Shown: positions 9,333-17,480 of the stretch, piece after piece | How positions within the stretch are numbered: position 1 is the first letter of the stretch | Layout: the number at the start of each line of letters is the position of its first letter | Origin: a virus | Taxonomy: Duplodnaviria; Caudoviricetes | IMG/VR virus record: IMGVR_UViG_3300017700_000726 | Location: 1 to 47,537 of that record | DNA: 47,537 nt | Strand: one strand, 5' to 3' | Program-made: the position numbers and the translations under genes | Notes under the pieces: generated by a model | What the model was told of the DNA's origin: nothing | What the model saw: only the letters and a program-made list of their open reading frames with translations | Databases searched by the model: none

Positions 9333-9934
9333 TGGACACCTCCGCTAACCAAGGGTTTGAAGCAACGGTTGTAATCATGCGTGCGCAAGCACACAACAAG
9401 CACGATGTAGTCGTCATTGCCCAGGTTCACGACCTGATGCGGTGTCGTGTTGACAAAGCGGTGGACATCGCCCTGCTGTTCCTTGAGCACTTCGCCTTCT
9501 TCGGGCCAGATGAAAGCGCAATCTGGATTGGATTGCAAGCAGATGTTGAACTTGTCGTAGTAGTCGACATGCCAGCTGGAGTCCGCGTGCGGTTTGATTT
9601 CCTGCCCGGGCTGGACACGCCACAGCAGGATGTCACCGATACGCTCTGCTTCCACACGGCGCGCCAAGTCAAAAACGAGCTGGCGGAGGGATGGCAGGGC
9701 ATAAAAAGCTGGGTACCAGATGGAATCGTGTTCGGCAGTGAAGCCTTCGTAGGAGCCCGCCAGAATGAAAGGGTTTTCATCGTTGCCGCGTACCCAGATG
9801 TCGTCGCTGTGTTCATGCGGACTGCCAGGACGAAGTCGTGCGGGGTTAGCGTTCCACAGCTCGGGATGCTGGTGGAGTTCAAGCAATAACTGGCTGGTGT
9901 TGATGCCACCGGCAATTTGAAGGAAGTTTTTCAT
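9329..9934 (-). CDS. 2OG-Fe(II) oxygenase, aspartyl/asparaginyl beta-hydroxylase-like
   Basis: PGQEIKPHAD (HxD) and distal PHQVVNLGND..IVLVV. Confidence 0.75.
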   Translation of the reverse strand: MKNFLQIAGGINTSQLLLELHQHPELWNANPARLRPGSPHEHSDDIWVRGNDENPFILAGSYEGFTAEHDSIWYPAFYALPSLRQLVFDLARRVEAERIGDILLWRVQPGQEIKPHADSSWHVDYYDKFNICLQSNPDCAFIWPEEGEVLKEQQGDVHRFVNTTPHQVVNLGNDDYIVLVVCLRTHDYNRCFKPLVSGGVQ

Positions 9935-9968
9935 AATAGCTTCTAGAAGGAAAGGCAGTTTGGAAGGG

Positions 9969-10010
9969 GTTTTGCCCTCACATTACTCGCTAGTAACGTG
10001 AGGGTGGAAT
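9969..10010. repeat. 42-bp dispersed palindrome, copy 5
   Basis: GTTTTGCCCTCACATTAC-TCGCTA-GTAACGTGAGGGTGGAAT. Confidence 0.92.
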
Positions 10011-10038
10011 AACTATGACTGAGCACTACGAATTACAC

Positions 10039-11418
10039 TTACGAATCACCCAGATAGAGTTCGAACTCCATACCTTCCAAGCGCAGTGGAGTGTCCGCAA
10101 TGTGCTTCACATCGAACACCCGGCGGCGGGAGCGGCCCAGACCTCGAAGCTGTTTGCGATCACTGTTCATATCGACTTGGCGGTAGGCTGAGTACGACTG
10201 GTAATCGGTATCCGAGTAACGTACAGAAACAGTACTTGCGACTTGGGAGCCAATCAAGTTTAATGCGGTGAAGAACTTGTTGATCGTCGTCTGGCCATCG
10301 TAAGGAGTTGTGCGTACACGGCAGGTAATTGCGACGCCGGCATCTTGGTAGAGCAGCGGAGACATCTGGTAAACACTGCCAGTGGTGATATGCTGGAGGT
10401 AGTCGCGCGTGCTGGTATTGAGGTAGAAGCCCATTGCGAAGTAAGATTCGTCTGCACCGCTGGTCCACACGGCCCAGTCATGGGCGACAAGGTCGCAAAC
10501 AAGGGTGATGTTGAGGCTTGGGAAGGTCAGGACGTAAAAGCTATGGCCGGATACCTTGAGCCCAAAGGAAATGACGTTGTCCAGCGTGCTGCGATTCAAG
10601 ATCTTGTCCACAAATGGAGTGCTGATCGTGATGAGGGACAGCCCTTGCAATGCGCTGATACTGCGCCCCCGTTGCTTCCCCTTCGACATGAAGATTACCA
10701 TATCATCGATTGCTACGACACTTCCGGCGTGGGCGCAGCCGATCAGGTACGTAGCATTGCCAGCCGGCAGCAATGGCGAACCCGGCGCTGCGTTGGCGGC
10801 GTCGTAGAAGGCCTGCAAGCCTAAGTCGTTGAACGCAAAACAGTAATTGAGGTGGCGCACTAAGCGCACACCACGGCCCAGGGACTGGTCGACGCCGATG
10901 AAGTTCAGAGCGCTCCAGCTCGTAAGGTCATCAATGGCCGAGCCATAGATAGTGCCTTCAAGGTCCATCACATAGCAAGTCCCGTCTAGGAGCACGATGC
11001 CGCGCACAGTGGAAGCGGGGTAGTCAGGGTCTACAACTTTCGTAACAGTCGTGCCGTCGAAGTACCACAAGCCAGTCGTGCTCTTCACAATGGTGATGGT
11101 TAGCAGGCCAAACGTTACATTCGTAATGAAGTCGTAGGGCAAGTCCGAAATCGTGGTAGCTGGGATCACATCCGAAGTTCCGAAGTCAATATCATAGATC
11201 GTGTCATTAACAACGGCGTAGTTGCCCGTAACCATGCTGAACATGCCCTGGCCAGTGTCAGAGACGAAAGTGGCCTGCAAGGAGTAGCCTGGGCGTTTTA
11301 CCGCTTCAACCTTGCCTTCGGATTCCTCCCGGAACATGTTGGCCATGTAGGAGTCTTTGTCCAGAGTGCCATCGCGCGAAGTAATGCGCTGCGCCAGGGG
11401 AAGACGGAGGTCGCTCAT
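10039..11418 (-). CDS. Tail hub/nozzle protein (P22 gp10-like)
   Basis: 459 aa, beta-rich; KRPG near the N-terminus and LRGLGRSRRRVFDV at the C-terminus; follows the adaptor gene. Confidence 0.72.
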   Translation of the reverse strand: MSDLRLPLAQRITSRDGTLDKDSYMANMFREESEGKVEAVKRPGYSLQATFVSDTGQGMFSMVTGNYAVVNDTIYDIDFGTSDVIPATTISDLPYDFITNVTFGLLTITIVKSTTGLWYFDGTTVTKVVDPDYPASTVRGIVLLDGTCYVMDLEGTIYGSAIDDLTSWSALNFIGVDQSLGRGVRLVRHLNYCFAFNDLGLQAFYDAANAAPGSPLLPAGNATYLIGCAHAGSVVAIDDMVIFMSKGKQRGRSISALQGLSLITISTPFVDKILNRSTLDNVISFGLKVSGHSFYVLTFPSLNITLVCDLVAHDWAVWTSGADESYFAMGFYLNTSTRDYLQHITTGSVYQMSPLLYQDAGVAITCRVRTTPYDGQTTINKFFTALNLIGSQVASTVSVRYSDTDYQSYSAYRQVDMNSDRKQLRGLGRSRRRVFDVKHIADTPLRLEGMEFELYLGDS

Positions 11419-12140
11419 CGCGCACCCCCCTGGGAACGGCTCGGGAGGGTAGGCGTGAAGTACACGGAAGCGGCTTCTTGAGCCTGCTGCCAGTTCACGA
11501 ACTCTTCCATGTAGGCGCGGGCCTTAGCATTAACGCGGTCGAGCACCGCATCGCGTGCACCTTGCTCCATGCCGATTTCATCAGCAAGACCCCACTTGAG
11601 CATTTGGATGGCTTCCTCCGGGAAGTCCGGGTTGTCCGTGGAGAGGTTGAAGTCCTGGACTTGCCGCTGGATCACGAGGTGCAGTACCGTGGAAGCATCT
11701 ACAGGTGTGTTGTAGAGCGTCACGATGCCATTGACAAGCTGCGGATCGTAGAAGAGCTGATTCGGAATGCCCTCGGCGCTCTTGAGGCCCAGCGTGTCGT
11801 AATCGTAACGACTCGTGACAGTGAGTTGAACGTCCGTGTCGGATGCAGTCGTGCGCAGAAACGCATCGGTAACACGGAGTGGGCGGGGATGGCCGCTGGC
11901 AGGGCCAACTGGATAAGCGGACTGTGCCGCGACCATTGGAACGGTAATTTCCTGCACACACCACAGGAGCAAGCCCTTCTTGACGAGGGACTTACACCAG
12001 ATGTTGAGGGCTTGCGCCACGTTGGTGATAACTTCAACAGGGATTGCATCCCCGATGCCGTAGACCTGCAACGTCCGCAAGGCTGATTCAATCAGCTGGT
12101 CGCGGGTTACAGTGAAAGCGTAAGTGCCGCTGGTAGCCAT
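11415..12140 (-). CDS. Head-tail adaptor (tail tubular protein A / P22 gp4-like)
   Basis: MATSGTYAF..TRDQLIESALR start; size and position. Confidence 0.68.
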   Translation of the reverse strand: MATSGTYAFTVTRDQLIESALRTLQVYGIGDAIPVEVITNVAQALNIWCKSLVKKGLLLWCVQEITVPMVAAQSAYPVGPASGHPRPLRVTDAFLRTTASDTDVQLTVTSRYDYDTLGLKSAEGIPNQLFYDPQLVNGIVTLYNTPVDASTVLHLVIQRQVQDFNLSTDNPDFPEEAIQMLKWGLADEIGMEQGARDAVLDRVNAKARAYMEEFVNWQQAQEAASVYFTPTLPSRSQGGAR

Positions 12141-12176
12141 TTGAAGAACCTTTCCTTGCTGTTGTTGCTGTTGCTG

Positions 12177-12341
12177 TTACTTGAGCCGGGGCTTGGTCGT
12201 GGCGCGGAGTGTCGGCTTCGGTCGCAGGAGATTGGACATCCCGCCGAAATCGGCCTTGAGACGGGACTTGCTGTGCTGTTCCGTGCGAGAGCCTTGCGGT
12301 TTCGGCGAACGCTTCACAGCTGGTTTTGGGGTCGAGGCCAT
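12177..12341 (-). CDS. Small highly basic protein (54 aa, not in ORF track)
   Basis: Hand-translated MASTPKPAVKRSPKPQGSRTEQHSKSRLKADFGGMSNLLRPKPTLRATTKPRLK; AAGGA RBS; fills the gap between two genes. Confidence 0.65.
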   Translation of the reverse strand: MASTPKPAVKRSPKPQGSRTEQHSKSRLKADFGGMSNLLRPKPTLRATTKPRLK

Positions 12342-12352
12342 CGCAGGTTCCT

Positions 12353-12763
12353 TTACGTTTGGGTCTTGATGAAGCGCAGAACGAGTGAGAAGGACTTGGT
12401 GCCCGCAGTCCAGCCTTCCGTGGAGAGCAGAACTTTGCCGTTAACGCCTGCCCCGGCGTTGTTGTTGAGGCCGCCGAAGTCGTTGTAGCAGGCATCACCG
12501 CGACCGTTGTAGGATTGCAGCAGCACTGGAGCGGTGGCATCCCAGTACAGGTTAACCGTCAGGGCGTCTTCGATGATGAAGTCGATTTCCTTGAGACGGA
12601 GCTTCAGAGCTTTTTGTGCCCCGGAGAAGTCGATCCCGGCCATGAGGGCTGGGTCCGCGATCGTCGTAGAAGCCTGATCACTGGTGTCCAGAATGCCATC
12701 AACTTTGATCACCACATTACGGGGACCATCGAGCAGAGTTTGCAGATTGAAAATATTTGCCAT
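12353..12763 (-). CDS. Hypothetical virion protein
   Basis: 136-aa beta-rich ORF in the structural operon. Confidence 0.65.
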   Translation of the reverse strand: MANIFNLQTLLDGPRNVVIKVDGILDTSDQASTTIADPALMAGIDFSGAQKALKLRLKEIDFIIEDALTVNLYWDATAPVLLQSYNGRGDACYNDFGGLNNNAGAGVNGKVLLSTEGWTAGTKSFSLVLRFIKTQT

Positions 12764-12778
12764 GATGGCCCCTTTGGG

Positions 12779-13513
12779 TTAGTTGAGTTCGTTCGAAACG
12801 GTCAGGTAGTCGGTGCGCAACGTGCGAGCTACTGCGGTCGAGTTGCGGAAGCCGAAGGATGGCGCCAGGACTGCGGCGGTGAAGCCAGCTGCCGGGGAGT
12901 AGCGGGCAACGTAGCCTTTAGGCTGCAGCGACGTCGGCTTCGTAGGCCCGGTGGTAGGCGTGAAGTACGCGGCCACGTTGCCAGTTGCGTCGTAGTAGAA
13001 GCTGAGCTCGAACCAGGTATTGGCAACAATTGCATTGCCAGCGCCGAGTGGGGTATCGACCGAAACGCCGCCGATGGTGCTGCGCAGAACCACGGTGCCA
13101 GCGCCAGCCGCCTTGTAGAAGAACAGGCCTTCGGTGGCGGCCAGGGGGGTGGCGGACGTTGCGATCAGGCCGCAGTAGAAGTCCGACAGCAGCGAATCGA
13201 GCTTGCCACGGTACTTGAAGAAGAGCTGCGAGCCGGCGGTGATCTGGAAACCCGCTACCGGCAGCTGGTAGTAGTTGGCGTCAGGAGCTGCTGCCGTGGT
13301 CGTGGACAGCAACACGCCGCCGCTTTCAGCAGACAGTGCCGTGGTGCCAGTGCCAACGAGCGTGGTCGTAAAGTCCGTCGCTACGAAGGTATTGAGTTCG
13401 TTGTGGTAGAGTTGCGACCACGAAGGGTCAGGCGTGCAAGCTTCTGCCATGGCCTGATATGGAGCGGCATTGGTAACGCCGCCGGGGAAGTTGGTGTTCG
13501 TCGAAGTGAACAT
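12779..13513 (-). CDS. Hypothetical virion protein
   Basis: 244 aa, Thr/Gly/Ala-rich, directly after the capsid gene. Confidence 0.65.
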   Translation of the reverse strand: MFTSTNTNFPGGVTNAAPYQAMAEACTPDPSWSQLYHNELNTFVATDFTTTLVGTGTTALSAESGGVLLSTTTAAAPDANYYQLPVAGFQITAGSQLFFKYRGKLDSLLSDFYCGLIATSATPLAATEGLFFYKAAGAGTVVLRSTIGGVSVDTPLGAGNAIVANTWFELSFYYDATGNVAAYFTPTTGPTKPTSLQPKGYVARYSPAAGFTAAVLAPSFGFRNSTAVARTLRTDYLTVSNELN

Positions 13514-13537
13514 GACAGTATGCCTTTTGTGTGGATA

Positions 13538-13579
13538 GTTTTACGCGCACGTTACAGCGGAGTAACGTGCGCGCAGAAT
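13538..13579. repeat. 42-bp dispersed palindrome, copy 6
   Basis: GTTTTACGCGCACGTTAC-AGCGGA-GTAACGTGCGCGCAGAAT. Confidence 0.92.
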
Positions 13580-13602
13580 GGACTGCAGCCCGGCGCCCTG
13601 AC

Positions 13603-14520
13603 TTACGGAGCGTTCGAACCGAACAGGCCGCGAGGATTCGCCCACAGGAACACGTAACGCTCATAGGCCGCGACCTTGTAGTTGCGGGTGTCCGAGTCGT
13701 TGTCTTCCCAGATGTCGAGCGTTTCGCGCTCTTGGTAGATCATGCCGTCCTGGCAGTTGGTGGTGATGAACCACGGACCGGTGCCGGCCAGGTAAGGGTT
13801 CGACACAACGCCGCCGCTGAGGTAGCCGTCGGTCGACAGCGGGTTGATGTCGTTCTGGTTCGAACCGACAGCTTGCTTGGTGCCCAGGATGCGGCGCGCA
13901 TTGAAGATGTTGTTCGGGTGAACGATGAGCTGGTTGCCCGACAGCGGCTCGATGAAGCCGCGATCGTCGCGCGACTGCATCATCAGGATGATCATGTCTT
14001 CGACAGCCGCTTGGGAGAGCGCCGAGTCCACGGACAGCTTGTTCTGCCAGGTGCCGCCCGACATATTCGGGTGAGCGACGTTCAGCAACGAGACGCCATC
14101 GCCGCCGGCATACGCGGCAGTGAATGCGCGCGAGTACACGTTCGAGGCGTTGATCTGCTTCGTTTCGTGGAACGAGCGGCGGAGCTTCTCGACGCGACCT
14201 TTGGTCAGCTTCAGGTAGCGGTTGTCCATCAGCTCTTCGTGCGTGGTGATGATGCCCAGGCCATACGCGGCGTTCGTACCGCGAGTGGTGAAGCCTTGTT
14301 GCATCGAGTCGAACATGATCGGGGCGCCCTCGGCTTTACGCGGAGCGATGCCCAGACCCACGGCCTGGACGTATTCCTCGTAGTTCTTGTCCGAGGTTTC
14401 TTTCTTGAACATCAGGGTGTGGAAGTCCACGGTCCCTTTTGCTGCGCTGTCCCACCAGGATTTCACACCGGGCCAGAGACCCTTGGGAAAACTTGCAGTC
14501 GTTTGGATGCCACCAGCCAT
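13603..14520 (-). CDS. Major capsid protein
   Basis: 305 aa; FPKGLWPGV start, KAEGAPI.FD, and ERYVF.WANPRGLFGS end typical of this capsid family; position. Confidence 0.82.
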   Translation of the reverse strand: MAGGIQTTASFPKGLWPGVKSWWDSAAKGTVDFHTLMFKKETSDKNYEEYVQAVGLGIAPRKAEGAPIMFDSMQQGFTTRGTNAAYGLGIITTHEELMDNRYLKLTKGRVEKLRRSFHETKQINASNVYSRAFTAAYAGGDGVSLLNVAHPNMSGGTWQNKLSVDSALSQAAVEDMIILMMQSRDDRGFIEPLSGNQLIVHPNNIFNARRILGTKQAVGSNQNDINPLSTDGYLSGGVVSNPYLAGTGPWFITTNCQDGMIYQERETLDIWEDNDSDTRNYKVAAYERYVFLWANPRGLFGSNAP

Positions 14521-14577
14521 GATATTGCTCCTTCAGTTGTTGTTGCGGCCAGGGCAGAATACCCCAGCCGCTATTGA

Positions 14578-15186
14578 TTAGATGCCGACGGTGGCGCTCG
14601 AAAGTTCGTGCATGTTGAGCTTTACGAGCCACTTGGCATTCACCAGCGACGGGTCGTTGTCGTCTCGCTGCACGGCGCCCATCAGGCGCAGGTTCAGGGT
14701 GGCTGCGGTGCCCACGCTGGAATTCAGGAGCACCGAGGCGCTGTTCTGGCCCGGCGCAGTCGGATTGGCCACGGTGAAGGTGAAGTTCTTCGACATCGAG
14801 GTAGCGGCGATAACCGACAGGCCGTTATCCTGGATTTCAAACAGGACATTCGGATCATCGGCAACGAGGACGTAGTACGCCTTGGTCTTGGCGGCCGGGA
14901 TGTTTTGCACTGCGAGGTCCAGGCTGGTGCCGAGCAGCGAAGGGCCGTTTGGAGGGGTGACCAAGCAGGCGACGATCACACCGCGCAGCATGTCGGTGCC
15001 CGCAGCTTTGACAACGCCGGGAACGCCGTTGGCATCGGACTGCGCCAGGGACTTCACGGCATCGCCGGGGCTGTAGATCAGGGCGTCCGTGGACGGAATG
15101 TAGTACACGTTGACAGCTCCGTTCCATGGCGCACCGTTGAGGTACTTCACAGGGGAGAAGCCTTTGGGGGCGTTCAAGTTAGGCAT
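14578..15186 (-). CDS. Putative capsid decoration/minor capsid protein
   Basis: MPNLNAPKGFSPV start, VADDPNVLFEIQ; directly upstream of the major capsid gene. Confidence 0.6.
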   Translation of the reverse strand: MPNLNAPKGFSPVKYLNGAPWNGAVNVYYIPSTDALIYSPGDAVKSLAQSDANGVPGVVKAAGTDMLRGVIVACLVTPPNGPSLLGTSLDLAVQNIPAAKTKAYYVLVADDPNVLFEIQDNGLSVIAATSMSKNFTFTVANPTAPGQNSASVLLNSSVGTAATLNLRLMGAVQRDDNDPSLVNAKWLVKLNMHELSSATVGI

Positions 15187-15258
15187 GGTGCCATCCTTTG
15201 GTTAAGAGTTTTGGAAGGTGGAGCGAATGGCTACGGAGCTGTCAGCAGCGCGTATGCG

Positions 15259-15840
15259 CTAGCGGCGGGTGCCGGAAGTGACCTTGGTTTCGTACCCCTT
15301 TGGCTGATAGCGATCGCCATTGCCACGGGAGGCTGATTCCAGAATGTCTCGATCCCGGCTGTCTGCCAGGTCGTTAATGCAGTATTGGATGTCTTCCCAG
15401 ATGTCGTTGGGGCATTTCATGAGGTACGCTCGCATCGCCTTACCATCATCGGTAGTGCCTACGTGCTTGCTGACGCGATTGTCGAGGTCGCTGTCGGCGA
15501 CGACGCGGTGCGTGAGGCGTTGCATGCCGACTTCTTCAGGGGTGACAAATTCGAAGCCTTCGCCCAGGAGGCGCTCGATCTTGGCATCGGCGTCATTTTC
15601 CCAGTAGAGGTGGAAGCCAGGCAAGTTGGACTTGAAGACTTCGAGCTTGAGCGTGGCACCGCCCAGGTTGGAGCGGCGGCTGCGGGAGGCAACTGGGCGC
15701 TCGGAGTCATTGCGGCTAGCGCGTTCGGCTGCGGCTTCGGCACGGATACGGCCGAGTTCTTCCAGGCCAGCAGCGGGCTTCGACAGCATGGAAGGAACTT
15801 CGCCAGCGCCGGTAACATCAGGGGTTTTGTCTTGGGTCAT
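15259..15840 (-). CDS. Hypothetical head-module protein
   Basis: 193 aa between scaffold and capsid genes. Confidence 0.65.
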   Translation of the reverse strand: MTQDKTPDVTGAGEVPSMLSKPAAGLEELGRIRAEAAAERASRNDSERPVASRSRRSNLGGATLKLEVFKSNLPGFHLYWENDADAKIERLLGEGFEFVTPEEVGMQRLTHRVVADSDLDNRVSKHVGTTDDGKAMRAYLMKCPNDIWEDIQYCINDLADSRDRDILESASRGNGDRYQPKGYETKVTSGTRR

Positions 15841-15842
15841 GA

Positions 15843-16796
15843 TTAGCTCCAGTTGTATTCTTTGAGAAAAGCTTCTTTGGTCATCAGACCGTCCTTGACG
15901 AATTTCTGCATCAATTCACGGTCCTGCTTCGGGAGGTCCCGTTCGGTCTTGCCTTGTTGCTGTTGCGTGCCAGGACTGCCGGCTTCGACGCTGCCGGGCT
16001 TGTGGCGCAGCGGATTGCCCTTGCGGAACTTCTCGGGCATGTCGACTTCCATCTGCGCTTTGATTTTGTCCAGGAACTTGCGGTCCACGGCGTTGTCGCC
16101 AGCTTCACGGAATTCCTGGCCGATAGCCAGTGCGTAAGCGCGCAGCTTTGGGTTCTCCTTGAACCACTCGTTGCCGTCTTCAATCCAGGAATCGAGTACA
16201 GCTTGGCGCTCCGTAGCAGCCGCTTTGTCGGGGTCGGCGGTTTCGACTTCCTTCGCCGGCTCGGCTTTGAGCTTGAGCTTTTCTTCCTGCAGGGTCTCGA
16301 TGCGATCGTCCAGGGCCAGGGCGTCTTCGTCCTCGCCGTTGCGGATTGCTTCCGAGCGCTGGAGCTTCGCGGCTTTGATAGCGTCGGAGAGTTCCGTTTC
16401 CTTGCGGGCCATCGCTTCCTTGTGGAAGACCGCGAATTGCTCGTTGGTTTTCTTCTGAGCCGCGACTTGTTCCTTGAGGGTGGCGACTTCTTTTTCCAGG
16501 TTCTTTTTGAACTTGTTGCCGCGATCGACGAAGGTGGCGGCGTCGACCCACTTGCCATCGCCTTTGAATTCGGCTTCAGGCCGCCAGCCTTGCGCACGGG
16601 CTTGGCGCTCGGTGGCTTCGCTGTCGGCTTTGGCGGCATCGGCTTGGGACTGGGCTTCGGCTTCCGCGTCGTCGGAGGCTTCTTCCGTTTCCAGTTCCTC
16701 ATTACCTGGGACAAGTTCCTCATTGCCAAAGGCCATCGGCGCGGCAAGTGCGCGCGGCAGGAACGTTACTGGGAATTGCTTGATTGCTACTGACAT
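15843..16796 (-). CDS. Putative scaffolding protein
   Basis: Acidic N-terminus, ARAQGWRP..F.GD.KWVDA motif, long charged coiled coil. Confidence 0.7.
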   Translation of the reverse strand: MSVAIKQFPVTFLPRALAAPMAFGNEELVPGNEELETEEASDDAEAEAQSQADAAKADSEATERQARAQGWRPEAEFKGDGKWVDAATFVDRGNKFKKNLEKEVATLKEQVAAQKKTNEQFAVFHKEAMARKETELSDAIKAAKLQRSEAIRNGEDEDALALDDRIETLQEEKLKLKAEPAKEVETADPDKAAATERQAVLDSWIEDGNEWFKENPKLRAYALAIGQEFREAGDNAVDRKFLDKIKAQMEVDMPEKFRKGNPLRHKPGSVEAGSPGTQQQQGKTERDLPKQDRELMQKFVKDGLMTKEAFLKEYNWS

Positions 16797-16819
16797 GGCA
16801 GTTTCCTTCTAATGGTATA

Positions 16820-16861
16820 GTTTTATGCGCACGTTACAGCCGTGTAACGTGCGCACAGAAT
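16820..16861. repeat. 42-bp dispersed palindrome, copy 7
   Basis: GTTTTATGCGCACGTTAC-AGCCGT-GTAACGTGCGCACAGAAT. Confidence 0.92.
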
Positions 16862-16863
16862 GA

Positions 16864-17250
16864 CTACTCGTTAACCAGCGGAGTAATGATGTCCAGGTCG
16901 TTCACGAAACGGTACTTTACGCCGTCGCGTGGGCTGGTATGGAACTTGCCAGTGTATTCACCGATCAGGACACGGTCGCCGACATCGCAGAAATCCGTGC
17001 CCTTGTCGGACCAGGCGTCAGGGCCGATTTCGAGTACTGTAGCCCAGACGCATTTGGATTCGTCTTGGGCCAGGACCTTGGCGGTCATGATGATGCCGCC
17101 GGCAGAGGTTACTTCCGCAGCGTCCGGCAGGAGCAGCAAGCGATGGCCTGTTGCGCGGAAGCCCGAAGTGTTGTCGCAGTGTGGGCCTTTGTGAGCACGC
17201 CATCCTGGATAGCCTTTAATGACTGATTCTTGTGCTTGTGCTTGTGTCAT
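16864..17250 (-). CDS. groES: GroES-like co-chaperonin
   Basis: GHRLLL, mobile loop TSAGGII, VLEIGP, VGDRVLIGEYTG, DLDII. Confidence 0.85.
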   Translation of the reverse strand: MTQAQAQESVIKGYPGWRAHKGPHCDNTSGFRATGHRLLLLPDAAEVTSAGGIIMTAKVLAQDESKCVWATVLEIGPDAWSDKGTDFCDVGDRVLIGEYTGKFHTSPRDGVKYRFVNDLDIITPLVNE

Positions 17251-17480
17251 ACCGTTTCCTCTTCAAAATAATCAATCAATGACTGCAGGAGTTGCATTCC
17301 GCCCAGTGCCGTGGCATTCGCCAGTGCCGAGGCTTCCAACGTCTCCTTCTGGTACTGCTGTGCTGCCCAGGTCGCTTTTCCTTCAGCTTCCCGGTCCTTC
17401 AGGTCCCGCAAAAACGCTTGTGTGGCCGGATGCTGCTTCCACTCCCGAATTTCTTCAGGTTTTAGCTGTTGGCTTGTCAT
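17247..17480 (-). CDS. Hypothetical protein
   Basis: 77 aa, overlaps the portal end and the GroES start. Confidence 0.65.
   Translation of the reverse strand: MTSQQLKPEEIREWKQHPATQAFLRDLKDREAEGKATWAAQQYQKETLEASALANATALGGMQLLQSLIDYFEEETV

Noticed and set aside
13538-13579. Palindromes as intrinsic terminators
   Set aside because: No U-tract follows in the sense direction (usually AAAAC), several copies have non-pairing arms, and true terminators sit separately next to copies 1/2 and 12.
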